Assembly: GCA_950097015.1 (NCBI GenBank)
Contig: CATNEN010000038.1
Coordinates: 22,320,001 to 22,384,000 of the forward strand
Length of the DNA stretch: 64,000 nucleotides
DNA from: Macrostomum hystrix
Taxonomy: Eukaryota; Animalia; Platyhelminthes
Direction of reading: 5' to 3'
Shown: positions 24,225-35,212 of the stretch, piece by piece
Layout: the number at the start of each line of letters is the position of its first letter
Position numbering within the stretch: the stretch's first letter is position 1
Notes under the pieces: generated by a model
What the model was told of the DNA's origin: nothing
Database searches by the model: none
The model's input: the letters and a program-made list of their open reading frames with translations, nothing else
Position numbers and translations under genes: made by a program

Positions 24225-25283
24225 CTAAAACAAAGCAGAGACACCGCGGGCAAAAGTCACAGCAGCCTCCGCTGTCTGGTGAAACCGGGGGAGATAACGC
24301 TGCACAGCTTCACTTCTCCAGTCACCAATGCGCATGATATCAGCCACTGGGAGGCCCAGCACAGACGCCCAGGTAGCTCCTCCTCGTCGCAGGCTGTGCG
24401 CGGAGTAAGATTCTGGTCGAACGCCGACTGCGGCAAACTTGTCACGGAGGAAGCAGTCCAGGTGCCTCCCAGTCAGCAGGCGCAAGCCGCCACTTCCGTC
24501 GGCGTAGGACCAGAGTGGTGACTCTGCTGACTTCAATTCGTTGGCGCGGATGTGTCGCTCGACTGCGCTAACCGGGCACAGCGCACGCTGCCGCGCCAAT
24601 CTCGGCAGCAGTACCAGGTGGCTGCGCTCCTTGAACTGGATGGTCTTGCCGAACTCGCAGCGCAACACCAGACCCTTCGGATGCTGAAGCAGGTCGGCGC
24701 GCCGGGAAAGGGCCGGGCCCTTGCCAGTTCGTGGCAGAAAGCTGGACTTTCGCAGCATTCCCCACCAGCAGCAGATGGTCACAGCCCAGCAGGCCAGCTG
24801 CAGCCTGTCGGTCTCGTCAACTAGTCGTCGCATCTCCGTCAGCATTGTAGGCGACACAGGCCGCTTTCGGTTCACGCGCAGTCCGAGGACTCGTTTAGCG
24901 CCGCGAAGGAGAAGAACCGCGGAAGCGTGCTTAGTTAGGTCCGGCGACGAGTTAATTCGGAACCAGAGCGACAGAGAGCTGTAGACTGCCGAGATGCTGC
25001 TGTAGGCATGTAGCCGTGTGCCGATCAGACTGGCCAAATAGTTCAACAGGCTCGTGACGTTGCCGGACACTGGATCGCAGCCGGTATGGCGGCAGAACTC
25101 CCGCCACTCACGGACGTGTCTGTTGACTGCCTGCGCCGACCTCGGTGCGTACGCAGCGCTCAGCAGCGATGTGGCGCGGCTGCTAAGAGAGTCTGACGCA
25201 GCTGGGCGGCCTGAAAATGAAGAAAGGAGGCGGTCGCCAAGCCAAAAGCATGCTGATACAGTGATTGTAGAATGCTTGGGCAT
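24225..25283 (-). CDS. tyrosine recombinase of the Ngaro element
   Basis: LRKSS (R), GKT (K), HSLRRGGAT (HxxR), GDW, RYL (Y); LCPV motif. Confidence 0.92.
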   Translation of the reverse strand: MPKHSTITVSACFWLGDRLLSSFSGRPAASDSLSSRATSLLSAAYAPRSAQAVNRHVREWREFCRHTGCDPVSGNVTSLLNYLASLIGTRLHAYSSISAVYSSLSLWFRINSSPDLTKHASAVLLLRGAKRVLGLRVNRKRPVSPTMLTEMRRLVDETDRLQLACWAVTICCWWGMLRKSSFLPRTGKGPALSRRADLLQHPKGLVLRCEFGKTIQFKERSHLVLLPRLARQRALCPVSAVERHIRANELKSAESPLWSYADGSGGLRLLTGRHLDCFLRDKFAAVGVRPESYSAHSLRRGGATWASVLGLPVADIMRIGDWRSEAVQRYLPRFHQTAEAAVTFARGVSALF

Positions 25284-26869
25284 ATAAAACCATACAAGCG
25301 GAGTAAAAAGTTTAAAAGCTGGCCTCGCTCATGCAACCGCGAGGCAGCGTCCGCAAAAATTTGAAAATCACCAGGCACATGAAACGCGCGAATGCTCATT
25401 CCAAAGCGCAAACACATCAGGGCCACCGTCTGCAGCAGCCGCTGCAACGCAGGACACTTTGAAACGCCTTTGTTGATGATGTGACAGGCCGTCTGGTTGT
25501 CGCAGTAGATGCTCACCTTGCAACCTTTGAGCACATCCCTCCACCTCATCACTGCCAGCAGAGGGACCAACGCTTCCTTGTAGTTGATCGGCAGGTTCGC
25601 GAAGGCTGATCCTGCATCCTTCTCCCAGTCCAGGTAGCACCAGTCAAACAGACCATCCTGGTCACGCAGCAGCGCCGCACCACCTCTGCCGCACGCATCG
25701 GATTCCATCGCCACAACTCGATTGTAGCTCGGCCACAGCTGCACCCATCGGCACGCCTGCAACGCCACCTTCCACCAGTTCAGCTGACTGCGTAACCCGG
25801 AGTCGACCAGCGTTCGCTGTCCACGCCGTAAGGTGTTGCACCGCTCAATCAGCTCACGCAAGAAGGTCCTTCCGCAACTGATGACCTGCGCTGCCCACCC
25901 CAACTTGCCAATGACCTGTTGGAGGGCTCGCTGACTAATCCTCACCTTGGCTGACTCGGCACCAACCAGGTTGATCAACTTCCTCGCCTTCTCATCCGGC
26001 AGCTTCTTGATTCCTTCCACAGTGTCGAACTCAATTCCAAGGAATGACATCCGCTGCGCCGGCGGCTGACACTTGGCCGGGTTGACGGTGAATCCCAGCC
26101 GAGTCAGCAAGTAAATCAGATCGACGTAGAAGCGCTGGCAGTTCTCCTGCGTCCCGCAGTAGGCAAAGTCGTCCAGGTAAGACTCGGTGTTGATGAAGCC
26201 TCTGCGCACCATCATCAGATGAATCGCATTGCTCAGGCGTTGAAAGCACGTGACCGAGGCTGCCGCCCCGAACGGCAGGCGTGTATCGAACATGTAGGTG
26301 GGAGTGGCGCAGCCAGGAAACTTGAACTTGAGACCGGTGTTGACGAAGTCTTCTGGGTGCACTCCACATGCGCGGTATGCTTCACTCAGGTCAACTTTAG
26401 TCATACGAGTATAGCAGCCTCTCGTTAACTTACTTGCGAAGTTTTCAGCGCTTGAAAACCGCAACTTCTCATTGCTCTCCCAGTGCGCGTTCACCGACAG
26501 ATTGTCCGGCCGACTGCAATCGTGAATTAGACGTACCCGGCCGTCATCCTTCGGCAAGGCTCCCAGCGCACTCACAATCCGAGGCCGCCACCCATCCGAG
26601 CACCGACGGTAGCGGTCAAGGCGAATTTCCCTCAGAATTTGCGTTTGAACAGCTTCAGCGTAAACATTCACAGATTCATAGTTGCTGACCTCGACAGACT
26701 TCAGGTTGTCTCGCTGCACATTCGTAATCCGAAATCCTTCCGACACACCATTCAGGATAAATTGCTTTCTGTCCAGCGGCAGATCGATCGACTCCAACTC
26801 TTCCGTCCATGCCTCCAGCTTCAGGTCAGTTGATAAAACAGAGGAAGTTAAAACCGGATCGACGCGCAG
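25160..26869 (-). CDS. reverse transcriptase / RNase H of the Ngaro element
   Basis: KVDLSEAYR, LPFG, YLDD, FLG; RNaseH SDAC, NYKE, YCDN, ADAASR; frame is open back to the gag stop at 26870-26872. Confidence 0.92.
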   Translation of the reverse strand: MRVDPVLTSSVLSTDLKLEAWTEELESIDLPLDRKQFILNGVSEGFRITNVQRDNLKSVEVSNYESVNVYAEAVQTQILREIRLDRYRRCSDGWRPRIVSALGALPKDDGRVRLIHDCSRPDNLSVNAHWESNEKLRFSSAENFASKLTRGCYTRMTKVDLSEAYRACGVHPEDFVNTGLKFKFPGCATPTYMFDTRLPFGAAASVTCFQRLSNAIHLMMVRRGFINTESYLDDFAYCGTQENCQRFYVDLIYLLTRLGFTVNPAKCQPPAQRMSFLGIEFDTVEGIKKLPDEKARKLINLVGAESAKVRISQRALQQVIGKLGWAAQVISCGRTFLRELIERCNTLRRGQRTLVDSGLRSQLNWWKVALQACRWVQLWPSYNRVVAMESDACGRGGAALLRDQDGLFDWCYLDWEKDAGSAFANLPINYKEALVPLLAVMRWRDVLKGCKVSIYCDNQTACHIINKGVSKCPALQRLLQTVALMCLRFGMSIRAFHVPGDFQIFADAASRLHERGQLLNFLLRLYGFICPSILQSLYQHAFGLATASFLHFQAAQLRQTLLAAAPHRC

Positions 26870-27970
26870 TCAGTGCAGAGGCCTGCTCACCTCAGCACCG
26901 TCATCCCTGTGCGCCATCGCCGCTGAGTGGCCAAGTCCACAACGCCGGCACCGATGAGCGAAACGGCAGTTCCGCCTTGAACATCCAGTTTCCTTATTGA
27001 AATCAAAGCAGGGTGGCTGCAGGCTTTGTTTTGGCACCCGGTCAACTCTGGCAGTCGGTGCACTCTGTGGGGCCATCAGGTAGGTGGCAACTCGACCAAG
27101 GTCGGATCCACGCAACTCCCATGACGTCTCGCCATCTTCACTCAGTCTGCACTCGTCATCAAACCTCATAACTCGAGCCTTGTCGAACCCGAGGTCAAAT
27201 AGCTCGCCAATGCGCGCAGTGTAGCGCAGGTAGTCTCGCAACTCTGACACATCAGGCTGGCCGCCCAGCCCGCTCTTCACCAACCTGCCATCATCCAGCA
27301 GCTTTAGCATGATTCGAGCATTCGCCGAGATCCAGTCTCCAAACGTCAGCGAGTCAACAACAGCTTCCCTCACTCTGAAGGTGACTCTTCCGGATTTGTC
27401 AATGGACTGAGTAACTCCTGCTTCCTGCTGCTTCCGCTTGTTAATAAACTCAGGGATTCGGTACACCTTGCCTACAAACCGACTGGGCTCTTGCTGGGCA
27501 GCATCTTCATCGTCAGACCACAGGTTAATGAGCAACTCACCGGGGTTCTTTGACGTCGCAGGCCTTCGCTGAAGTTGGCTGACTTCTGCCTGAAGCAGAG
27601 CGGCCTCCTTGCGTAGCTTTAGCAGTCGGAGCTGCTTCTCAGCCTCCACCAGCTCGTCGTCCAGGCCGCCAGCCGCGTCAGACTCTTGACCATGTTGTAC
27701 CGACTCGTTCGCGATAGAAGGCAGTTGCCTCTCCGCCATAGCGCCGTCTCTTCTCATACGCGTCGTCACTGCGGCAGCTTCATCTTGCTCCTCGTCCTCG
27801 TCGTCCGCATTCTCAAAGTCGGAGGCGATACCCTCGAGGTGCGCCCTCAGCCGCAGTAAAAGTTCACATTTTTTGCCTTGTGTTGAAAGCCCTAGGCTCT
27901 GAAGCTTCTGACGTAGCGCCCTTACAGTGCTAGGCGCTTCGGATGCAAGTGGCTCGTTAGAGTTTGGCAT
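26870..27970 (-). CDS. gag-like ORF1 with N-terminal SAP motif and C-terminal Cys/His finger
   Basis: TVRALRQKLQSLGLSTQGKKCELLLRL; CFDFNKETGCSRRNCRFAHRCRRCGLGH. Confidence 0.85.
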   Translation of the reverse strand: MPNSNEPLASEAPSTVRALRQKLQSLGLSTQGKKCELLLRLRAHLEGIASDFENADDEDEEQDEAAAVTTRMRRDGAMAERQLPSIANESVQHGQESDAAGGLDDELVEAEKQLRLLKLRKEAALLQAEVSQLQRRPATSKNPGELLINLWSDDEDAAQQEPSRFVGKVYRIPEFINKRKQQEAGVTQSIDKSGRVTFRVREAVVDSLTFGDWISANARIMLKLLDDGRLVKSGLGGQPDVSELRDYLRYTARIGELFDLGFDKARVMRFDDECRLSEDGETSWELRGSDLGRVATYLMAPQSAPTARVDRVPKQSLQPPCFDFNKETGCSRRNCRFAHRCRRCGLGHSAAMAHRDDGAEVSRPLH

Positions 27971-28399
27971 GATTGTGCAAAAAAATCAAAACTCAAGCGG
28001 AGAGCTGCGCGCAAATTGAATCCGAAAACGTGGTGAGAGGCTCACCTAAAAAGGCTAGCAGGCGGCGGGGGTGGGGGACGGCCCCACCCCACACAGATGC
28101 ACAGAGACAGCAAGGGGGCGGGCTGATCACTAAAGCCGGTTTGCACAGGCGCAAGCACCCATGCAAACCAAAGCACTTGCAATGAAACACAAATGCTATT
28201 TGAATTGAGGCAGTGTATAAATTAGGATTTTATCATTTTAAATTCCCGCCACTTTTCCTCACGCGCTAGCCAAATGTTATTTCACGCAGTGCTCTTTGTT
28301 CGTAATATTGCTCTCAAGTGGAAACATGCACCCACCCCAATTTCTTTGTATATATATAGAGAAATATATAAATGCGATCTTTACCTTGCTGACCTTGCT

Positions 28400-29150
28400 C
28401 AACCGTGCTCTACCTGTTCAACCTGCTCCCTCGCTCCCCAGTCATACCAATAACATTAGTTTTCGACGAAATATAAGCGAGTAAAACTTCCTAACTCTTT
28501 TCCTGTTTCGCTATTAAATAGACCGACTTCCTTAGTTATTTTCCTAATAAAAGGAAAACAGTTAAAGATACCTTTGCCTTCCCGATCCTCTCCTAAAGAT
28601 CTCTCGTCGGCCTTCTTTACCAAAACCCACCCTATTATATGATCCCTTTGAAATCCCAATATACCGTCCTAAAATCCCGTCCAAAAGTCCACCTGAAGTC
28701 TATCTTAAGTCAACCTAAAAGTTCCCTAAATACCCCCTGAAGTCCCTAAAACTCCGCCTTTATCCCTCATGAGACTGTACTAATCCCGGACCCCATAGAG
28801 GAAAGTAAGTGAAATCGCGAAGGTCGTTCACCAGGCAACTTTAATCCATCCTGATACGCCCCACGGACTGTGTGCCCCAGATCAGTGACCTTAGCCCTCG
28901 TGCCAGCAGTAAATTCCGCTCCCAGTGTTAGTAGCTAGTGTCTTGCCGCTCGGGCATTAGCGCTACCTTAGGTATAACCCGAACAGCGTGGAAAATACCT
29001 ATTCTCACCCTCATAACTTACGCTACCATCCCCCCCAAATACTCAGCTCACCAATCCCAAATCCAACAAATAGAGAGAGAGCTGAGAGGTCTGCTACAGA
29101 ATCAATACACTACAAAATGGTTGACTGCATGATCTATGATAATAATAAGA
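28400..29150 (+). pseudogene. degenerate Penelope-like linker / GIY-YIG endonuclease relic
   Basis: frameshifted pieces YFPNKRKTVKDTF, KVVHQATL, YL-GITRTAWK in the expected order. Confidence 0.4.
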
Positions 29151-29305
29151 AGAAAACACCGAGTGGCGACGGAGCAAGGCGAGTTTATAAGGACTAAATC
29201 AACCAGGCCCAATTGAAATCAAAGAAGGCCACTACTCGAAATTTTTTTATTATTAACGATTAGCCTATAGACAAGTCGACAATAGCAGCTAGGAAATCAC
29301 GCTCA

Positions 29306-30850
29306 TTAGAAGGACGAAGAAAAATTAGGAACGCGAAAGAAGTTAATCGATTTTGAGCCATACTGGCACACTGCAGGCAGATCCGAATCTTCTTCATTCA
29401 CGATGGTCAAGCCAAAGGGGCTACTCATTCGGCCACCACCGCTGCCAGCACTATTCTCCACTCCGAGCGTCTGCAGCAATGTGCCGTCACTTCTCAGTAC
29501 TCGAACAACATGCCTCGAAGACTCACTGACAAACACAAGTCCGGAGGGATGAACCAAAACACCTGAAGCGTTTTTAAGCTTATCGAAACCACTTTGCTTT
29601 ATTGGATAGGTAGTGATCAGCTGACCGCTGGCGGTGCATATTTTGTACAGCTTACCAGCCTCCCAGTGGGAAACAAAAATTAAGTTGCCTATCATTGAAA
29701 TAAATTCAACAAATTTTCCAATCGAAAGGCAATCAAGCGATATGGTGCTTTGAAGCTGTCCGCAGTCTTTGTCGAGGCAGAGCAGTCGTTTGGTCTCTGT
29801 CTGTTTATCCAAAGCAAATATCTTGTCTGAGTTGCACGTCATTCCGAGCAATGAATATATAGTTTGGCCTAAACTACTGGAGTTAATTTCTCTGCTCACC
29901 TGGCCGCTCAGATCCGCAATCTTCACTGCGTTAAGTTGTGCAATGTACAAGGCTTGGCGTTGGCTGTCGCAACAGAGACCAACAATAGTACTGGACCAGT
30001 CGAGGTCGCAGTGAACCTTATATCTCTGAGAGCCATCAATCGAACTGATGAGAAGGTGTTCGATCTTGGAATTCGTGTGAAACCCAATAATCACGCAGGG
30101 CTCTAGAAGCTGCTCGAGTCCATCAGTTGCGTGGTCTGACTTCACCACCTGATCAGCAGCATTACCAAAGAAGCCCTTAGTGTTGCTGCACGATGTTATC
30201 ATGTAGGGGGAACCTTCAAGACCCTGAATCTCAACCCCAAATTCGCATATTTCCTTTTCAGCATCAAGTTTAGTGTCAGACTCGCACAACAGCAAAGCAT
30301 AACTCAGGTGCCTGTCAACGATCAGCTGCAAATCTCTCAAAGCTCCACTGACGTCGCCAACTGCTCTACAGTCAAGCTTCACGCCTTCATTGGCATCCAG
30401 AACGGCAGTAAGATCTGCGCATTCCACATCAAGCGCTGCCGACAGTGAAAAAACATTCTTGAAGTCACTGCCAGCCTCAGCTTGAGTAAATGCATTCTCG
30501 TATTCTTGCAGCACTGAAAGAGCTTGCAGCTTTTGCAGAGTGTGATCATGCCGTACAGTCAGTCGGCTCGTCAAAGCTGCCTTCCACTTTGTCAGCGAGT
30601 CAATAACCGACTCAATAAGCTCCGCAGAGTCCTGCAGTTCTGAGGCTAGAGCTTGCTGCTGATTTCGAAGATTTTTTTGAATTTTTTTTAACGGCTCTAG
30701 TTTCTGCATAACCTTATTTCGCAATCTTTGCACTTTTTCCCTATCCAGGGCCATATGTCTCTCGCACAATGGCTCTGGTACGCGAGCACCTTGACCAGCT
30801 GCGTTAGCGCCGCAGCCTCTGATAAAGCACTTGTCGCTTGAGTCGGACAT
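29306..30850 (-). CDS. intronless Zn-site / coiled-coil / NHL-type beta-propeller protein (TRIM-NHL-like, no RING)
   Basis: C-x4-C-x15-C-x2-H, heptad-rich helix, then ASGVLVHPSGLVFVSESSRHVVRV and MSSPFGLTI repeats. Confidence 0.7.
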   Translation of the reverse strand: MSDSSDKCFIRGCGANAAGQGARVPEPLCERHMALDREKVQRLRNKVMQKLEPLKKIQKNLRNQQQALASELQDSAELIESVIDSLTKWKAALTSRLTVRHDHTLQKLQALSVLQEYENAFTQAEAGSDFKNVFSLSAALDVECADLTAVLDANEGVKLDCRAVGDVSGALRDLQLIVDRHLSYALLLCESDTKLDAEKEICEFGVEIQGLEGSPYMITSCSNTKGFFGNAADQVVKSDHATDGLEQLLEPCVIIGFHTNSKIEHLLISSIDGSQRYKVHCDLDWSSTIVGLCCDSQRQALYIAQLNAVKIADLSGQVSREINSSSLGQTIYSLLGMTCNSDKIFALDKQTETKRLLCLDKDCGQLQSTISLDCLSIGKFVEFISMIGNLIFVSHWEAGKLYKICTASGQLITTYPIKQSGFDKLKNASGVLVHPSGLVFVSESSRHVVRVLRSDGTLLQTLGVENSAGSGGGRMSSPFGLTIVNEEDSDLPAVCQYGSKSINFFRVPNFSSSF

Positions 30851-31074
30851 TGAACCCGATTTTAGATTATCTAAAATTATAAATAGAAAATATTCTTATA
30901 GTGTCTCATGAAGGTTATTTAAAACAGAACTGTAAACAGAAAGTCGTGAGACACTACTTGTAATGACTTTTTATTGAAAAGTCTGGAGTAAAATCCGACG
31001 AAAGCAATTGAATTGGTTGTGCGAGACAGTAGTAATGTTCCATTGCTGTTCCAAAAATATTCCAACAGACAACA

Positions 31075-31742
31075 GAGGGTGTATGTCCAACTGAAGGATC
31101 TGAGAGGGTGTCTGACCAACTGAAGGATCTGAGAGGGTGTCTGACCAACTGAAGAATCTGAGAGGGTGTCTGACCAACTGAAGAATCTGAGAGGGTGTCT
31201 GACCAACTGAAGAATCTGAGAGGGTGTCTGACGAACTGAAGAATCTGAGAGGGTGTCTGACCAACTGAAGGATATGAGAGGGTGTCTGACCAGCTGAAGG
31301 ATCTGAGAGGGTGTCTGTTGGACCGAAGGACCTGAGAGGGTGTCTGACCAACTGAAGAATCTGAGAGGGTGTCTGACCAACTGAAGGATCTGAGAGGGTG
31401 TCTGACCAACTGAAGAATCTGAGAGGGTGTCTGTTGGACCGAAGGACCTGAGAGGGTGTCTGACCAACTGAAGAATCTGAGAGGGTGTCTGACCAACTGA
31501 AGGATCTGAGAGGGTGTCTGACCAGCTGAAGGATCTGAGAGGGTGTCTGTTGGACCGAAGGACCTGAGAGGGTGTCTGACCAACTGAAGAATCTGAGAGG
31601 GTGTCTGACCAACTGAAGGATCTGAGAGGGTGTCTGACCAACTGAAGGATCTGAGAGAGTGTCTGACCAACTGAAGGATCTGAGAGGGTGTCTGACCAAC
31701 TGAAGGATCTGAGAGGGTGTCTGTTGGACCGAAGGACCTGAG
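31075..31742. repeat. 29-bp minisatellite with higher-order variant pattern
   Basis: unit GAGGGTGTCTGACCAACTGAAGGATCTGA, about 23 copies. Confidence 0.95.
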
Positions 31743-32280
31743 TGTGTTACTATTTGTAATTATCTTTTTTCTTGTCTTATCAAAATTCTACGCTCGTAAG
31801 CTAAAAAACATTGCGTCTGATTAACGTAAACAACTAATCATCTTAACGTTCTTTTTTTTAACTTAAACCGCGACAGTAAATAAGAGAAAGGGACATTATA
31901 AGCAGCAGTGGAACCAGCACGGAATATATAATAAGCAATATTTACCGCACAGTTTCTGACAGATTTTTGTGCACAAAATAAATTCTATTTTCGTAGTGTA
32001 TTTCTCTGTTGCTTCTCGAAACTTATTAATAAACAAAAGCATTCATAGTACAAGATACTAATATAAACATACTCAGCACTGTTTATGTGCATATTTTTCA
32101 GTTTCCGACAAGATAAAGCCAAGTTTACAGACAAAAAAACCATTTCGCAGATAATAAAACTAGACAAATTATAGTTTAATAAGCGTCACACAACACAAAA
32201 ACTGTGTCGTTTGAATTTAAACACTTTCACTGCATTCGGACAGACAGAATCAACAAAGACTGCGGAAAGCAGATTACAGT

Positions 32281-32465
32281 AGCTGGGCAGATTCTCTCTG
32301 ATTTCTAAGAATAGGAAACTGCTCTGCAGCTAGGGCAGATTCTCTGCGATTTCTCAGAATAGGAAACTGCTCAGCAGCTAGGGCAGATTCTCTCTGATTT
32401 CTAAGAATAGGAAACTGCTCTGCAGCTAGGGCAGATTCTCTCTGATTTCTCAGAATAGGAAACTA
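32281..32465. repeat. 48-bp tandem repeat, about 4 copies
   Basis: unit AGCTAGGGCAGATTCTCTCTGATTTCTAAGAATAGGAAACTGCTCTGC. Confidence 0.9.
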
Positions 32466-32894
32466 CAGAACTTTTTAATTGTTTTGAGTTGCATGAGCAG
32501 CAACGCACTAAATTGATCCGCTTTTTAAGTCTTGTCGATTTAAAAAGAAAATAACGAAAAAAATAATGAAAATAACACAGCTAATCTTCTAATGTACAAG
32601 TCTGTTATCGCTACGTTATTCAAGGGTATTATCTACATGATAAATTTAAACAGACTTTTTGTTTGAGCATAAGTTTTCCTATCTAACAAAATATAACTGC
32701 TGCTAATTAAATCTTTAATTCGTCCGCAGACGAATGGTAAAAGCGGGTTAGAAGTGAAACTTATGGAAAGAAACAAACCACATTCACAATTCCCATCAGT
32801 CAGCGAGGATAATTACATATTCTATGGCATCAAGCAAAACGGATACAGAACTCACTTACAGGTAAGGGTTTTACACAGCGAATATACTGCTGCT

Positions 32895-33665
32895 CGGGAT
32901 TAACAGACCCGGTTCACCAACAAATGATCTGGTGCGATAATCCATTTATTAACAGACCAGGTCTATAAATGAATGATCTGTTGTGATAATCCGCGGATTA
33001 ACAGGCCAGGTCTATAAATAAATGATCTCTTGTGATAATCCGCGGATTAACAGGCAAGGTCAATAACTGAATGATCTGTTGTGATAATCCGCGGATTAAC
33101 AGGCCAGGTCAATAACTGAATGATCTGTTGTGGTAATCCGCGGATTAACAGGCCAGGTCTATAAATAAATGATCTGTTGTGATAATCCACGTATTAACAG
33201 GCCAGGTCTATAAATGAATGATCTGTTGTGATAATCCGCGGATTAACAGGCCAGGTCTATAACTGAATGATCTGTTGTGATAATCCGCGGATTAACAGGC
33301 CAGGTCTATAACTGAATGATCTAATGCGATAATCCACGCATTAACAGACCAGGTCTATAAATGAATGATCTAATGCGATAATCCACGCATTAACAGACCA
33401 GGTCTATAAATGAATGATCTGTTGTGATAATCCGCGGATTAACAGGCCAGGTCTATAACTGAATGATCTGTTGTGATAATCCGCGGATTAACAGGCCAGG
33501 TCTATAACTGAATGATCTAATGCGATAATCCACGCATTAACAGACCAGGTCTATAAATGAATGATCTGTTGTGATAATCCGCGGATTAACAGGCCAGGTC
33601 TATTCATAAATTATCTAATGCGATAATCGTCGGATTAGAAGGAACAGGTCTAATAAGAAATGATC
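32895..33665. repeat. 49-bp minisatellite, about 15 copies
   Basis: unit GGATTAACAGGCCAGGTCTATAACTGAATGATCTGTTGTGATAATCCGC. Confidence 0.95.
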
Positions 33666-34566
33666 ATATTTTCACTTTTCGCTGAGGTTAAATTTTTCGT
33701 TTCTTGCCATAGCATTAAAACTAAACAGATTAGAAAAGGGCCAAATAAGTATAACTTTGTACAGAAAAAAAATTATTTTTTAAGCACGGAAAATAAATGA
33801 CGTTTTAAATTGTAATTGCGTAAACCTTTATTGATACGAAATATGTTATCTATTACTCATAGTACGGTAACTGTATCATTTTTAATGAATCTAAACCTGG
33901 CTTTTGTGTGCGACAGGTCATGGAGCTTTGACTTTTTTATCTACAAACAATAAGACCAAGTGGCAGACTACAATGTTAACAGAAAGTTATCAATAATCAA
34001 TTAGACAGGAAAGCATAGAGCTTTAAAAAATGATGACAAAAATACTAACGCGGTGTGGCTGGCAAAGATTTACAAGAAAATTACTAAAAAACATAAATAT
34101 AGTTGAATTCTATCTTCACTACTCTACTAGTTAGTCTGTAAGTAGTGCAGTTAGGCTCGACTATCCGAATATATCTGAGTAAGGGCACATGCGTTCACAT
34201 GTTTAACACAGTCTAGTTGAAATTGATAAAGCAATAAGGAGATTAACAAAGCTTACAAGTTTAAATAGCTGGAATAATTTGCTGAAAAGTATGCACAAGA
34301 AATAAAGCAACTGGCGGCAGATTTCCCGAGATACAGATATGGATGACGATCAAATAATTTAGATTAAGCAACACTACTCACATGTCGCTACTACACTACT
34401 AATAGTACTAAGTAGTGCAATAGGACAAGTTCGAAAATTGTAGCATGAAAAAATTGTTGTGTAGTGTTGTCTTTTATAAGTAAATTAAAAGTGAAAAAAA
34501 ATCATTTTGCTCACAAAGCCCACGGAAGACTTAGTCAAGTTATCCCAACCAGTCAAGTTATGGTGG

Positions 34567-35012
34567 TATGTTTAGAACTCCATGGAGGCACACTAGATGC
34601 TATGTTTAGAAATCCATGAAGACACACTAGATGCTATGTTTAGAACTCTATGAAGACACACTAGATGCTATGTTTATAATTCCATGGAGACACACTAGAT
34701 GCTATGTTTATAATTCCATGGAGACACACTAGATGCTATGTTTATAATTCCATGGAGACACACTAGATGCTATGTTTAGAACTCCATGAAGACACACTAG
34801 ATGCTATGTTTATAATTCCATGGAGACACACTAGATGCTATGTTTATAATTCCATGGAGACACACTAGATGCTATGTTTATAATTCCATGGAGACACACT
34901 AGATGCTATGTTTATAATTCCATGGAGGCACACTAGATGCTATGTTTAGAACTCCATGAAGACACACTAGATGCTATGTTTATAATTCCATGGAGACACT
35001 AGATGCTATGTT
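34567..35012. repeat. 34-bp minisatellite, about 13 copies
   Basis: unit GACACACTAGATGCTATGTTTATAATTCCATGGA. Confidence 0.95.
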
Positions 35013-35212
35013 ACAATTTAATAAAAAGTCTTCACAAAGCCGGACTGTAGACCCCCACAAGGCTTGATTCCGTTTGATCTTAAATTCCAGATGATCAAGC
35101 AATCAAATCTTAATTACAATTACTACAAAAAATGCTTTGCCTTTTCATCAATTAATCAAGCAATCAACAATGTCCGATATTGTGCACACAGAGGCGAAGC
35201 CTATCAATTATA

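Larger units (their letters stand above)
23721..28175 (-). mobile_element. complete Ngaro-type (DIRS order) tyrosine-recombinase retrotransposon
   Basis: split direct repeats A1 27988-28175, B1 24089-24183, A2 23901-24088, B2 23721-23815 around gag, RT/RNaseH and YR ORFs; no TSD. Confidence 0.93.

Noticed and set aside
24225-25283. Phage or bacterial integrase / contamination
   Set aside because: Overlaps RT-RNaseH inside split direct repeats, which identifies a eukaryotic YR retrotransposon
32895-35012. CRISPR-like arrays (29-49 bp repeats)
   Set aside because: Units are directly tandem with no unique spacers; no cas genes; eukaryotic context
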